Assembly (NCBI RefSeq): GCF_035084215.1
Contig: NC_090349.1
Span: forward strand, 10,416,001 to 10,480,000
DNA length: 64,000 nucleotides
Direction of reading: 5' to 3'
Source: Heptranchias perlo
Taxonomy: Eukaryota
The first letter of the stretch is position 1. Each line of letters begins with the position of its first letter. The position numbers and the translations under genes were made by a program. Under the pieces are notes generated by a model, which saw only the letters and a program-made list of their open reading frames with translations, had not been told where the DNA came from and searched no databases. Below are positions 14,168-25,913 of the stretch, in pieces.

Positions 14168-15850
14168 GGGCTAGAAATTGGGCCGTGTAGCGCCCATTGT
14201 TTCGGCACTACGCGGCCTCTCGAAGTGTCAATTTGGCGTCTTGGCTGCACGTGTATGTTTCTAGCGTGACATTTGCCGGACACCATCTTGGTAAAGGTAG
14301 TAGCCCATGCACAAATAACGAACACCGGCAGCACGTAAAGTAAGGAGAAAATGGATACAATCAGTGTGCAATACTGATTTAAAGTGACAGACACCATTTT
14401 GGGACTTAACGCTCCACTCAATGCACAGTCTTAACCGCAACCATCTGAACATGTCTTAGAGTGCCTGGAAGACTCCCCGCCAGCGCTATTTAAAGGGATT
14501 TACAGGTTAGTTGCTGGATTTTTGCATCTGGCTGCTGATGCATGTGAACCTGTTTTTGGAGGTCTCCTATACTTGAATACTAGGACGAGGGGACATAGCC
14601 TAACATTTAGAGCTAGGACTTGCAGGAGTGAAGTTGGAAATGTTTCCACACGCAAAGGGTGGGAGAAGTTTGGAACGTTCTTCTGCAAATGGCAGTTGAA
14701 GCTAGCTCAATTGTGAATTTTAAATCTGAGATTGATAGATTTCTGTGAACCAAGGGTATTAAGGGATATTGGGCTAAGGTGGGTATATGGAGTTAGGTCA
14801 CAGGTCCACTATGATCTCATTGAATGGCGGAACAGGCTTGAGGGGCTAAATGCCATTGCCACTTGCTGCCTCCTGTTATGAGCCACCTTCTCCTGCAAGA
14901 AAGCGAGAAGTGTGTCTGGGTGATGTGCCTGTAATGGTTGAATAGCTGCCTGTCTGTGGCCTGAGTTGTGGATGTGTGGCTTGCAATAGTGGAAATGTGT
15001 GAGGGTGAGAGGAAGCATCTGATTGGCAGAGTGGAATACTGATGGAAAGAGTTTGTTGGTATGTGGATGATGGTGGGTGTAGTACCTGGAGCAATGGATG
15101 TGGTTAGTGGTGCAGTTGTTAGGCGAAGCCACTGACAGTTGACCTCACTCACCTAGACCACTCATTTCAAAGCATTGAACTTTTGCCTGCACTGCATCCA
15201 TTTTTGTGGTGCTTTGCGCCTGGCATTGATGGCGTCCCCTACTGCTTCCCACTGTCTTTTGAGCATATGTCTGGAGGGCCTCTTGCCCCCCCCCCCGCGG
15301 ACATAGGATGTCCCTCTTTCTGTCCAACTCTTGCACCAAGGCCTCTGGTGCATCAGCAGAGAACTTTGGTGCACGCTCTCTCGCAGGCCCAATACAAACT
15401 CAGATCGGCAGATTGGTGAGGTCTGGTGTGCAGATTGGAGGATGTGAGATTTAGTAGTGCGCAACCTTCATTCAATGTTTTAACATAACTCATCAGTTTG
15501 TAAACATAGGGATGGGACCTGCATCTGTGTTTTACGTGTGCGATGTCTGATCTCCGTTCAGACTCCATGCAGACAGCAGACTGTTATTTTCAGCAAATAA
15601 CAGGTACTGGCTACCTTTAAGAGATTTTTAGAGACATCCTCCCTTTAAGAGATTTGGGCTCCCCCTGCTGGTGGAAAGTGCACATTTCCTTGAATCCTTG
15701 TGTCAGGCTGGTTTTTAATGCTAATGTCAGGTAAGTAAGTACTCAGGCCGGACAATGTTTCGTCCTGCCTATGCAGGAAGCACCGGGCATGGGTTAGTCG
15801 CGAATCGCGCTTACCGCGCCCGAATATTGGCCTTGTCCAATTTAACCCCC
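14168..15850 (-). mobile_element. Non-autonomous PIF/Harbinger element carrying a decayed Myb/SANT exon, no transposase
   Basis: Termini gggctagaaattgg / ccaatttaaccccc flanked by an ATG 3-bp TSD (14165-14167, 15851-15853). Minus-strand frameshifted SANT-like peptide ...LVQELDRKRDIL...KRQWEAVGDAINA...WMQCRQKFNAL at ~15145-15390. Confidence 0.8.
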
Positions 15851-16232
15851 ATGGAGTCGGCTTCCACATGTACATTGATGACACCCAGCTCTACCTCTCC
15901 ACTTCTGCCCATCCCTCCATTACCTCAGTGTTGTCAGACTGCTTACATAGAATTACATAGAATGTACAGCACAGAAACAGACCATTTGGCCCAACAGGTC
16001 CATGCTGGCGATTATCTTCCACACGAGTCTCCTCCCTTCCTACTTCATCTAACCCTATCAGCATATCCTCCTATTCCTTTCTCCCACATGTGTTTATCTA
16101 GCTTCTCAACTGCATCTGTATCAGTCACCTCAACTACTCCTTGTGGTAGTGTGTTCCACATTCTAACCACTCTCTGAGAAAAGAAGTTTCTCCTGAATTC
16201 CCTATTGGATTTATTAGTGACTATTTTAGATA

Positions 16233-17225
16233 CACTCTTGGAACGTCGTTCCATTAAATGAGTGTCTGTTTCGAGTTTTTACGTGGCTCGTCCACGTTGT
16301 AATATCCAGTTACGCCACAGCCAAGGGGAGGGGTAGCGGGTTGCGGGTACTTTGGTGGGAGAGTTGAGGGGGGGGTGGCGTTGTTGGGAAAGTCGTACCA
16401 CCGAGTCTCAGAATTTCACCAAGCGTCATGTCCAACCAAACAGAGAGCAAACTGGGTCTATACGTCGACAGGCTATTGGCAATATATGCCATTTTCCCAT
16501 GTCATCATTTGATGTTTCTGCAATTTTATTGTTAATGAGAGAAACATTCGATTAATGTTTATTTCACTCTGTTCCTTACTGCTTACTGGGGGTTCGATTT
16601 GTATACCTTCACAGTATGTACTTACTGTAAGTTCCTCTACTGTGCCCCCTTCGTTAGTAATTCGGCTCTCTGTACTGTTATCCATTGGTGAAACTCTGAG
16701 ACACGAGTTATAGATGGTCTTGCTTTCTATGGTAGGCACTTCCTCTCGGGCTTCTTTTCCCAAGGGTTGCTCTTCCTTGTCATTTGTTAAGTCGTCCCCA
16801 ACTAGTATACCCTTCTCACAATCTTTCCCGACCGGAGTAGGTTTTCTATTTGGTACTTGGAATGATCTTATAGTTATAAAGTCGTCCTCATTTGTTTGTG
16901 TACATGAGGTTCTTGTTGCTATCCTTGTAGGGAGAGGTCTAGCGGTATTCCAGCGAAGGTATTTTTCACCGAGGGTCACTGGACGCCCGACGGTGGGGAG
17001 GTTGTTTGCCCGGTCCTCCTTCCTTCCGGATTTGATGAACCCCTGAGGATTATCGGATTTTTGTTCTAGAAGTTTTGTTTCCCCTACCCTACTGGGGTTT
17101 TGATCTCCGCAGATCACTTTAGCCATCTTGAATTCTTTGAACGGTCGTTTAGCCAACAGTAAATGTTGTTACCAGCGGGACCACGTGGAGGTACGACCAA
17201 CTGTGACAGAGAATTCACAAGAGTG
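16233..17225. mobile_element. Unclassified 993-bp insertion with 8-bp inverted termini (CACTCTTG...CAAGAGTG)
   Basis: Interrupts the CR1 motif gactatttta...atggccc. Termini at 16233-16240 and 17218-17225 are exact reverse complements. Interior is unrelated to CR1. Confidence 0.7.
16473..17126 (-). CDS. Orphan 217-aa hydrophilic protein inside the inverted-terminus cassette
   Basis: Uninterrupted ORF from the first ATG on that strand (aagATGg, strong Kozak) about 100 nt from the terminus. No family recognised. Confidence 0.45.
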   Translation of the reverse strand: MAKVICGDQNPSRVGETKLLEQKSDNPQGFIKSGRKEDRANNLPTVGRPVTLGEKYLRWNTARPLPTRIATRTSCTQTNEDDFITIRSFQVPNRKPTPVGKDCEKGILVGDDLTNDKEEQPLGKEAREEVPTIESKTIYNSCLRVSPMDNSTESRITNEGGTVEELTVSTYCEGIQIEPPVSSKEQSEININRMFLSLTIKLQKHQMMTWENGIYCQ

Positions 17226-20200
17226 AAATGGCCCTTAGTTCTGGTCTACCCCGCAAGTGGTAACATTTTCTCTACGTCTACCCTATCAAATCCTTTCATA
17301 ATCTTAAAGACCTCTATCAGGACACCCTTCAGTTTTCTATTTTCTAGAGAAAAGAGTCCCAGCCTATTCAAACTTTCCTGATAGGTATAACCTCTCAATT
17401 CTGGTATCATCCTAGTCAATCTTTTTTGCACCTTCTCCAGTGCCTCTGTATCCTTTTTATAATATGGAGACCAGAACTGTTCACAATATTCCAAGTGTGG
17501 CCTAACCAAGTATCTATATAAGTTTAACATAACTTCTCTACTTTTCAATTCTATCCCTCTAGAAATGAATCCCACTGCTTGGTTTGCTTTTTTTATGCCT
17601 TATTAACCTGTGTCGTTACCTTTAGTCCCTTTGCTCCTCTACCCCATTTAGACTTATTATCCAAGCAGTATGTGGCACCCTTATTCTTCCTACCAAAATG
17701 TAATATCTCACACTTATCAATAACCCTTATCTAATGAATTTGCCAATTATACACCCATTCTGCAAGTTTATTAATGTCTTCCTGCATTTTATCGCAGTCC
17801 TCCTCGGTATTAACTATACCCCCCAATTTGGTGCCGTCCGCAAATTTTGAAATTGTACTTCCGTTTCCCGAGTCCAAATTGTTTATGTAATTAGTGAACA
17901 GCAGTGGTCCCAGCACATAGCCCTGTGGAACACCACTTCCCACCTTTTGCCAGTCTGAGTAACGACCTTTAACCCCCACTCTGTGTTTTCTGTTTTGTAA
18001 CCAGCTTGCTATCCATTCCGCTAACTGTCCCCGACTCCACATGCTCTGACCTTAGTCATGAGTCTATTATGCAGTATCTTATCGAAGGCCTTTTGAAAAT
18101 CCAAACATATTACATCTACTACATTACCCTTGTCTACCCTTTCTGTTACTGCTTCATAGAATTCAATAAGGTTGGTCAAGCATGACCTTCCCTTCTGAAA
18201 TCCGTGCTGATTATTCTTTATTATATTTTCGGATTCTAGATGTTTTTCTATTACATCTTTGAGTAAAGATTGTACTTTCTTTCCTACCACCAACGTTAAG
18301 CTAATTGGTCCATAGTTCCCTGGACTGGTTCTATCTCTCTTTTTAAATATAGGAATCATATTAGCTGCCCGCCAGTCCTCTGGCACTATTTCCTTTTCTA
18401 ATGAATTTATATATATATGTAATGGTGCCTCTGCTATCTCTTCCCTAACTTCTTTTAGTATGCGTGGATGCAATCCATCTGGACTAGGTGTTTGATCCTC
18501 TCTAAGTTTGATTAGTTTATCAGTTTTCTCTCCCCTTTCTATCTTAAATGTCTTTATATCTTTTTTGATCTCTTCTTTGAATGTCATGCCCACCATGTTA
18601 GTTTCCACGGTAAATATTGAAGCAAAGTCATTATTTAATATTTCTGCCATTTCGCTGTCATTACCTGTGAGTTTATCGTGTGTATCCCTTAGTGGCCCTA
18701 TCCCTATCCTGATTTTTCTTTTGTTATTTATGTGTCTGCAGAATACTTCATTATTTCTTTCGATATTCCTTGATAATTTAATTTCACAGTTTCTCTTTGC
18801 CTTCCTAATTGATTTTTTAACTTCTTTCCTAACCTTTTTGTATTCCATTTTGTCATCCTCTCCTTTGTTGTCTATGTACTTAGTGTACGCCTTTTTCTTT
18901 AGTTTCAATTTTGCCCTTAATACTTTATTTATCCATGGTGTATCATTACTGGCAAGTTTGTTCTTGCTTTTTAGTGGGATATATTTCTCCTGGACTCTAT
19001 TGATCACCGTCTTAAATGTTTCCCACTGCTGTTCTATTTCTTTGTCTATCAGTAAATTTTTCCAATTTATTTTCCCTAGTTCCATTCTCATTGCTTTTTT
19101 CCAATGTATTATGTTGGTCTTTGTCTTACATATGTCCTTCTCAATCTTTAGCTTAAACCTTATTATGTTGTGATCACTATTGCCTAGATGTTCCCCTACG
19201 CTTACTTCTCTTATTTGTTCTGGTTCATTTCGCATTACTAGATCCAGCAGTGCTTCCTCTCTTGTTGGGCTTTTCATATACTGGGTGAGAAAGGAGTCCT
19301 GCACACATTGTAAAAACTCTACTCCCTGTATCCCTTTACTTACCTTTTCTTGACAGTTTATTGGGGGATAGATAAAATCTCCCATGATTATTATTCTATG
19401 TCCTTTACTCATTTCACACATTCACTTACATATTTCTTCCTCCACCTTCTTTCCACTATTAGATGGTCTGTAATATACCCCTATATGATTCCTTATCTTT
19501 TATTTCAATCCATATGGATTCTGTTTCTACCCTACTGTTAGTTATGTCCTTTTTTCTACTGCCATTATGTTATCTCTAATTAGTATAGCTACTCCCCCAC
19601 TTCTGCCTTCCTTATCCTTTCTGATTACGTTATAACCTGCAATATTTAGTTGCCAGTCCTGTTCTTTATGTAGCCATGTTTCAGTTATTCCTACTATATC
19701 TGGTTCCTTGCTACTGATTATTGCCTCCAGTTCCCATTTTATTTTGGACACTGTGTACATTGCTGCAGATAGTTTAATTCATCTTTAATAGTTGTTCCTT
19801 TTACTTTATTTTTAACACTCCTTTTATACTTCTGTTTTATAACTGCACTTGTTCCTTGACCATTTATGTTATCTTTATTCCCTACTCTGGTCTGACCTTT
19901 ACACTCATTTCCTGTTTCCTTTATCTTTAAGCTTTCGTTATTGCTACCAGATCCCTCCACCCATCTTAATTTAAAGTCTTATGCACCGCCCTATTTATCC
20001 TTTCCACTAGGACTCTGGTCCCATTCCAGTTCAAGTGGAGCTTATTGTAGCAGTACAGCTCTTTCCTATCCCAGTACTGGTGCCAGTATCACATTAAATG
20101 GAACCCCTCCTTCCCACATCACTCTATCAGCCATGCATTCACTTTTCTGATCTGCCTATCCCTGTGCCAATTAGCACGTGGCTCGGGTAGTAAACATGAG

Positions 20201-21369
20201 ATTACCACCCATGGGGTCCTGCTTTTTAATTTAGTGCTTAGCTCCTGATATTCCCTTAGCAGGACCTCCTCCTTGTTCTTCCTTATGTCATTGATGCCAA
20301 CATGGACCACAAAAACTGGATCCTCCCCTTTCCTTTCCAAGTTCCTCTCCAGTTGCTCCGAGATGTCCTTTATCCTTGCACCAGGTAGGCAACATATCCT
20401 CCTGGACTCTCGGTCATGACGGCAGAGGGTGCTATCTATCCCCTTGATTATAGAATCCCCTGTGACAACCAGTCTTGCATGAGCTGCAATTTCCTGCAGC
20501 TAAATATTGGTAAGACCGAAGCTGTCATCTTTGGTCACCGCCATAAACTTTGTACCCTTACCACCGATCCTGCATCACTCCCGTTCACCCACTACCCTTG
20601 TCCTTGTTGACCTACATTGACTCCTGGTCCTCCAGGACCACAAATTAAAAATTCTCATCCTTGTGCTTAAATCCCTCTATCTCTGTAACCTCCTCCAGAC
20701 CCACAACCGCTCTCCCCAGAACTCTCTGTTCCTCTGTCTCTAGTGCATCCCTCCCTCCCTTCGTCCTACCTCCTGCCGCCTGAGCCCCAAGCTCTGGAAT
20801 TCCCTCCCTTAATACTTCCACCTCTCTCTCCTCATTTAAGATCTTCTTTAAAACCCACCTCCTTGACCAAGCTTTTGTTCATTCCTCCTAGCATTTCCTT
20901 CTTTGGTTCCACGTCCACATCCACATTTTTGCGTATGGTGTCTTGGGATGTTTTTCTTTGTTAAAAGCATTATATAAGTGCAAGTTGTTGTTGAGACTAC
21001 TAATTTTCAGTATCAGTTTGTGCTGAATTAATAATATAGCAGGTATACTGTGTCTTTGCAAGTCACTCTATACACCACCAATTAATATCCTTCACTTACC
21101 TTCTTCTCCTCATTTTGTTTCTTCATCAACTCTGAATCCAGTCCTGTGAGCCGGTTAAAAGTTTCCTTTGCAGCATTAACTCCTGAACTTAATGGATCAT
21201 AAGCCAAACTGTCTCAGGACTATAGAACGGGTGTAGAGATGACTAAAGAACACATTGTGTAGCAGCTCAAAGCATTAAGTGACTACAGAGCACTTGGACC
21301 AGATGGTATGCACCATCGAATCCTTATCTGAAGTGAGTTAGGAAACGGGTAAGGCTTGATTTAATATTT

Positions 21370-22408
21370 CATAGAATCATAGAATCATAGAAGTTACAAC
21401 ATGGAAACAGGCCCTTCGGCCCAACATGTCCATGTCGCCCAGTTTATACCACTAAGCTAGTCCCAATTGCCTGCACTTGGCCCATATCCCTCTATACCCA
21501 TCTTACCCATGTAACTGGCCAAATGCTTTCTAAAAGACAAAATTGTACCCGCCTCTACTACTGCCTCTGGCAGCTCGTTCCAGACACTCACCACCCTTTG
21601 AGTGAAAAAATTGCCCCTCTGGACCCTTTTGTATCTCTCCCCTCTCACCTTAAATCTATGTCCCCTCGTTATAGACTCCCCTACCTTTGGGAAAAGATTT
21701 TGACTATCTACCTTATCTATGCCCCTCATTATTTTATAGACTTCTATAAGATCACCCCTTAACCTCCTACTCTCCAGGGAAAAAAGTCCCAGTCTATCTA
21801 ACCTCTCCCTATAAGTCAAACCATCAAGTCCCGGTAGCATCCTAGTAAATCTTTTCTGCACTCTTTCTAGTTTAATAATATCCTTTCTATAATAGGGTGA
21901 CCAGAACTGTACACAGTATTCTAAGTGTGGCCTTACTAATGTCCTGTACAACTTCAACAAGACATCCCAACTCCTGTATTCAATGTTCTGACCAATGAAA
22001 CCAAGCATGCCGAATGCCTTCTTCACCACCCTATCCACCTGTGACTCCACTTTCAAGGAGCTATGAACCTGTACTCCTAGATCTCTTTGTTCTATAACTC
22101 TCCCCAACGCCCTACCATTAACGGAGTAGGTCCTGGCCCGATTCGATCTACCAAAATGCATCACCTCACATTTATCTAAATTAAACTCCATCTGCCATTC
22201 ATTGGCCCACTGGCCCAATTTATCAAGGTCCCGTTGCAATCCTAGATAACCTTCTTCACTGTCCACAATGCCACCAATCTTGGTGTCATCTGCAAACTTA
22301 CTAACCATGCCTCCTAAATTCTCATCCAAATCATTAATATAAATAACAAATAACAGCGGACCCAGCACCGATCCCTGAGGCACACCGCTGGTCACAGGCC
22401 TCCAGTTT
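21370..22408 (-). mobile_element. Young 5'-truncated CR1 LINE with an uninterrupted RT C-terminal ORF
   Basis: ORF 21457-22452 is open across the element: GVPQGSVLGPLLFVIYINDL, KFADDTK, LVRPHLEYCVQFWSP. Tail (catagaat)n. Confidence 0.93.
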
Positions 22409-23007
22409 GGAGGAGCTCCATCAAAAAGAGATTGTACCTGAACACTCAGCATTACTCATGTAATCCTGGTAAATAAAAAAAAAGGTGAGGCATCAATCAG
22501 CGGATTACAACATTGGGGAAAATGAGATCTTTATGGAAGACTTTCAACGTTCATCAGTAAAGAACAGATGCCTAAGGAAATCAGCATGGCTTTAAAAGGA
22601 ATATGTCATGCCTCACAAATCTACAGGAATTCTTTGAGGAGGTAACTGTATCTGTGGTAAGGAACAGCTAGTGGATATAACATACTGGGATTTCTGGAAG
22701 TTATTTCCTAATGTTCTGCATCAGAGACTTTTAAAGATGATAAAGACATTTAAAATGAATGGCAAATCAACCAACTTATATTAAAAATTGGTATGTAATA
22801 CAGGGAGAAGGTGAAGATAAATAAACAAGGCTCTGTTGATGGGGAGTGGTTGGTACTATTCTGCAGGAGTCTCTTGTGGATCACTGCTGTTCATACTGTG
22901 GAGGAGGGTACTTCTAGAATTATTGTCATATTTGTTAATGACACTATTATAGCCCAATATCAGTGCAGGGAAAATCAAAGCACTCAAAAGGGACGGGCCA
23001 ATTTAAA

Positions 23008-23416
23008 AAGAAAGAAAGACTTGCATTTCTATAGCGCCTTTCATGACCTCAGAACGTCCCAAAGCGCTTAACAGCCAATGAAATACTTTTGAAGTGTAGT
23101 CACTGTTGTAATGTAGGAAACGCGACAGCCAATCTGCACACAGCAAGGTCCCACAAACAGCAATGTGATAATGACCAGATAATCTGTTTTAGTGATGTTG
23201 GTGGAGGGATAAATCTTGGCCAAAGCACCAGGGAAAACTCCTGTGCTCTTCTTCGAAATAATGCCATGGGATTTTTTACGTCCACCTGAGAGGGCAGACA
23301 GGACCTCGGTTTAACGTCTCATCCAAAAGATGGCACTGTCAACAGTGCAGCACTCCCTCAAGACTGTACTGGAGTGTCAGCCTAGAATTTGTGCTCAAGT
23401 CTCTGAAGTGGGACTT
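23008..23416 (-). mobile_element. Deu-type SINE
   Basis: Reverse complement of the 3805-4229 SINE body and tail. Confidence 0.75.
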
Positions 23417-23738
23417 TTCAGTTTAAATTGAAAGGCAAGAAATGAAACGCTTAAGGTGGAAAACAACATCAGGCACATTGGCCCCGATATTAGAGTGGAG
23501 GTGGGATGGCAGCTGGGGGGGGGGTGATTGGGCGTGTGGGTAACCCGCCCAATAAAAAATGTCCGTTTCGCCGCGATTGCGATTCAATTGGTGCCACTTA
23601 ACGTGCTTCCGGGTTTGCCCTCTGAAAGCTGCGCAGCGGGCAGACTGCGCACCCGCATCACAGGCTCAGCTGGAGGAGCTCTATTTAAAGGGCCATTGCT
23701 CCAAAGACTTTTGCTGGAGCAAAGACCCACACACCACA

Positions 23739-25600
23739 ATGGAGCAGCACAGGGGCAAGGCTGCTCCATGGTTTAATGATGCCTCACTCCAGGTGCTACT
23801 GGATGGGGTGATGAGGAGGAGGGATGTGTTTTACCCGGCGGACGGGAGGAAGTGGCCTGCCTCTGCCGCCAAGAAGGCCTGGCTCGAGGTGGCAGAGGAG
23901 GTCACCAGCAGCAGCAACATCTCCCGCACCTGGATCCAGTGCAGGAAGCGCTTCAATGACCTAACTAGGTCAGCCAAAGTGAGTACACTTACTGATTCTC
24001 CTACATTCTGTGTTTCACATCACCGCCCCCACCCCCCAACTCATTCTGCACTGCCAATACTACTCTATCACATCACTCCTCACACCCACTCAAAGCTCAT
24101 TCTCGACTTACCTGCACTTCCTCACCTCCCCATTAGTCACCCCACCACTACCACTCACCCCAATCCTCATACAATGTGATGGCTCTGTCTCATACTCACC
24201 CTCTGATGCATCTCTTTCACGGTCAGCCTCACCCAAACCAATGCATTTATTGATTGGCCACTTCACCATCACTCACTCAGACGTCTGTTCTTTCTCCCCT
24301 TCTAGAAGAGAGCGCAAAATGCACGCAAGAGGGCAAAAACTGGAGGGAGGCCTCCACAAACACTGGTCCTCACGGACACGGAGCAGGAGGCGCTGGAGAT
24401 GAGCCGCAACCTCGAGTGCCTGTCTGTCGGGGACGGCGAGACTGGCACCCCAGAAACGTCTGGTGACACAATTTTAACATTCATCACACACAATATGAAT
24501 TGATATTAACATGCCTTGCCATCTTCAGCACCTCAGTATGCTCATCGCACCATCAGACATCTGTGATGATACTTAATATTGCTTTCTGTTCTCTTATAGG
24601 GCTTTCAGCGACCGCAGTGATGGCAGAGGGCGATTCCTTAGAAGACCTGCCGGCCTCTGAGGGTGCACCGTCACATCTTAGTGAGCCATCCACCAGCGCA
24701 GATACTCACACCTCGGTGGGTCCTAGTAGTCAGTTAGTTGGGTTGGCACCTGGTGAGTCACCACACACAAGTGAGCACGAGCAGACACTGGTGGCAGGGG
24801 CAGCTGTGGAGAGTCTCAGTGGGAGCACTCCTCTCCAGGCTCTGCTCAGCTGGCACAGATGCTGAACCCCAGGGGCCATCCTTTAAAAGGAGAATGATCG
24901 AGGGGCGGCAGCACATTTGCGAAGTACTGGAACAGGTGCTCTCCACAACAGGGCAGAGGATGGTGGAGTCCAACTGCATGAATGGAATGGTGGCACAGGT
25001 GTGGGAGGGAATCTCTGAGATACTGTCACAGGGACGTGAGCAACTCTCTGAGATAGTGTCACAGGTAAGTGCAGGAATGTCTGAAATGAAGAGAAGGCTA
25101 GCCTCCATTGAGCTTCAAGCACGGCTCACAAATGAGTCCATTCAGGCCCTGACAACAGCCGTTCGGACTCAGGGTGAACAACATTCTGCCGTCTTAAACA
25201 GGCAGACAGAAACTTTACAACTGGGCTTCCAAGGCATCATACATGCCCTTCAAACTGTTCTCCAACAGGGTGGTAGGAGTGATGTGGGCCTGGCCCAGGG
25301 GAGAGATGATGGCAAAAGGGAACATGGAAGTGAGGATGCCACTCAAAGCGCTCCACGTCTCACCTGTTACTCCCCTCTCAACCAGTACCCACAATGCTGC
25401 CTGCTCTCCAGATGGCCGAGTCTGCCCCTCCACAGGTGCAGGTGGAGAGGTCTTTGGAGGGGCTCTCACGGGCTCCAAAACCCAGAGGGTGTAGGCGCAA
25501 AGCATCTAAGCAATCAGGGCATGAACATGAGCAACCTGCCACTACCTCTGCTGCAGCCACAGGGATGCACCACATAGAAGTAGTTGGAAGAGAAAGGTGA
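23739..25600 (+). pseudogene. Harbinger Myb/SANT DNA-binding protein gene, 3 exons (23739-23978, 24306-24462, 24600-~25600), frameshifted in exon 3
   Basis: MEQHRGKAAPWFNDASLQVLLDGV...AWLEVAEEV...RTWIQCRKRFNDL; gt/ag junctions join in frame to KRAQNARKRAKTGG and on to GLSATAV. Confidence 0.82.
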
Positions 25601-25913
25601 AGGTTTTGTGAGCATGAAGGGTGTTTGACAGACTGTCATGTTTTTCATTTATATTTAGTTTTTGTTAAAGTGACATTAAGTTTTATGATTGTCACCACTG
25701 CTGCCACGTCTTGCCCATTCTTGACGGGCTTTTGTGATAGGGCCCATTCATGAGGTTCACCATGAACGGCGACACTTGATGCCACTCATTGGGTCACTTT
25801 ACTGTGGGTCTATGTGTAGTTGCAGGAATGTTTTGTGCAGGGTGGGGTGGGCGGCCTGGTGTGGGCGCTTCTCTTTCTAGGTGGTGTGACGATTGAATTC
25901 TTCACACTTTCTG

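Larger units (their letters stand above)
15944..20460 (-). mobile_element. Near full-length decayed CR1 LINE (ORF1 esterase, APE endonuclease, RT), interrupted at 16233-17225
   Basis: ORF1 SGNH-esterase-like DPVFVVHVGINDI (20119-20340); endonuclease PDIVGITETWL and HLGNSDHN; RT QHGFQKGRSCLTNL, DFQKAFD, GVPQG, KFAD; 3' tail catagaattacatag. Confidence 0.92.
13885..20995 (+). mobile_element. Old L2 LINE 3' fragment split into three pieces (13885-14167, 15851-15943, ~20462-20995) by later insertions
   Basis: RT motifs GVPQGSILGPLLFLIYMLP, then (after the insertion) HGVGFHMY.DDTQLY, then NFLQLNIGKTE; L2 tail tatataagtgcaagttgttgttg. Confidence 0.75.

Noticed and set aside
16233-17225. RAG recombination signal or solo-LTR interpretation of the cassette ends
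   Set aside because: The ends start with CAC but lack the CACAGTG heptamer and a nonamer at 12/23 spacing. The inner TG...CA is flanked by inverted rather than direct repeats, so it is not an LTR with a TSD.
18508-19173. 221-aa hydrophobic ORF resembling a membrane protein
   Set aside because: It is the antisense frame of the A-rich CR1 ORF2.
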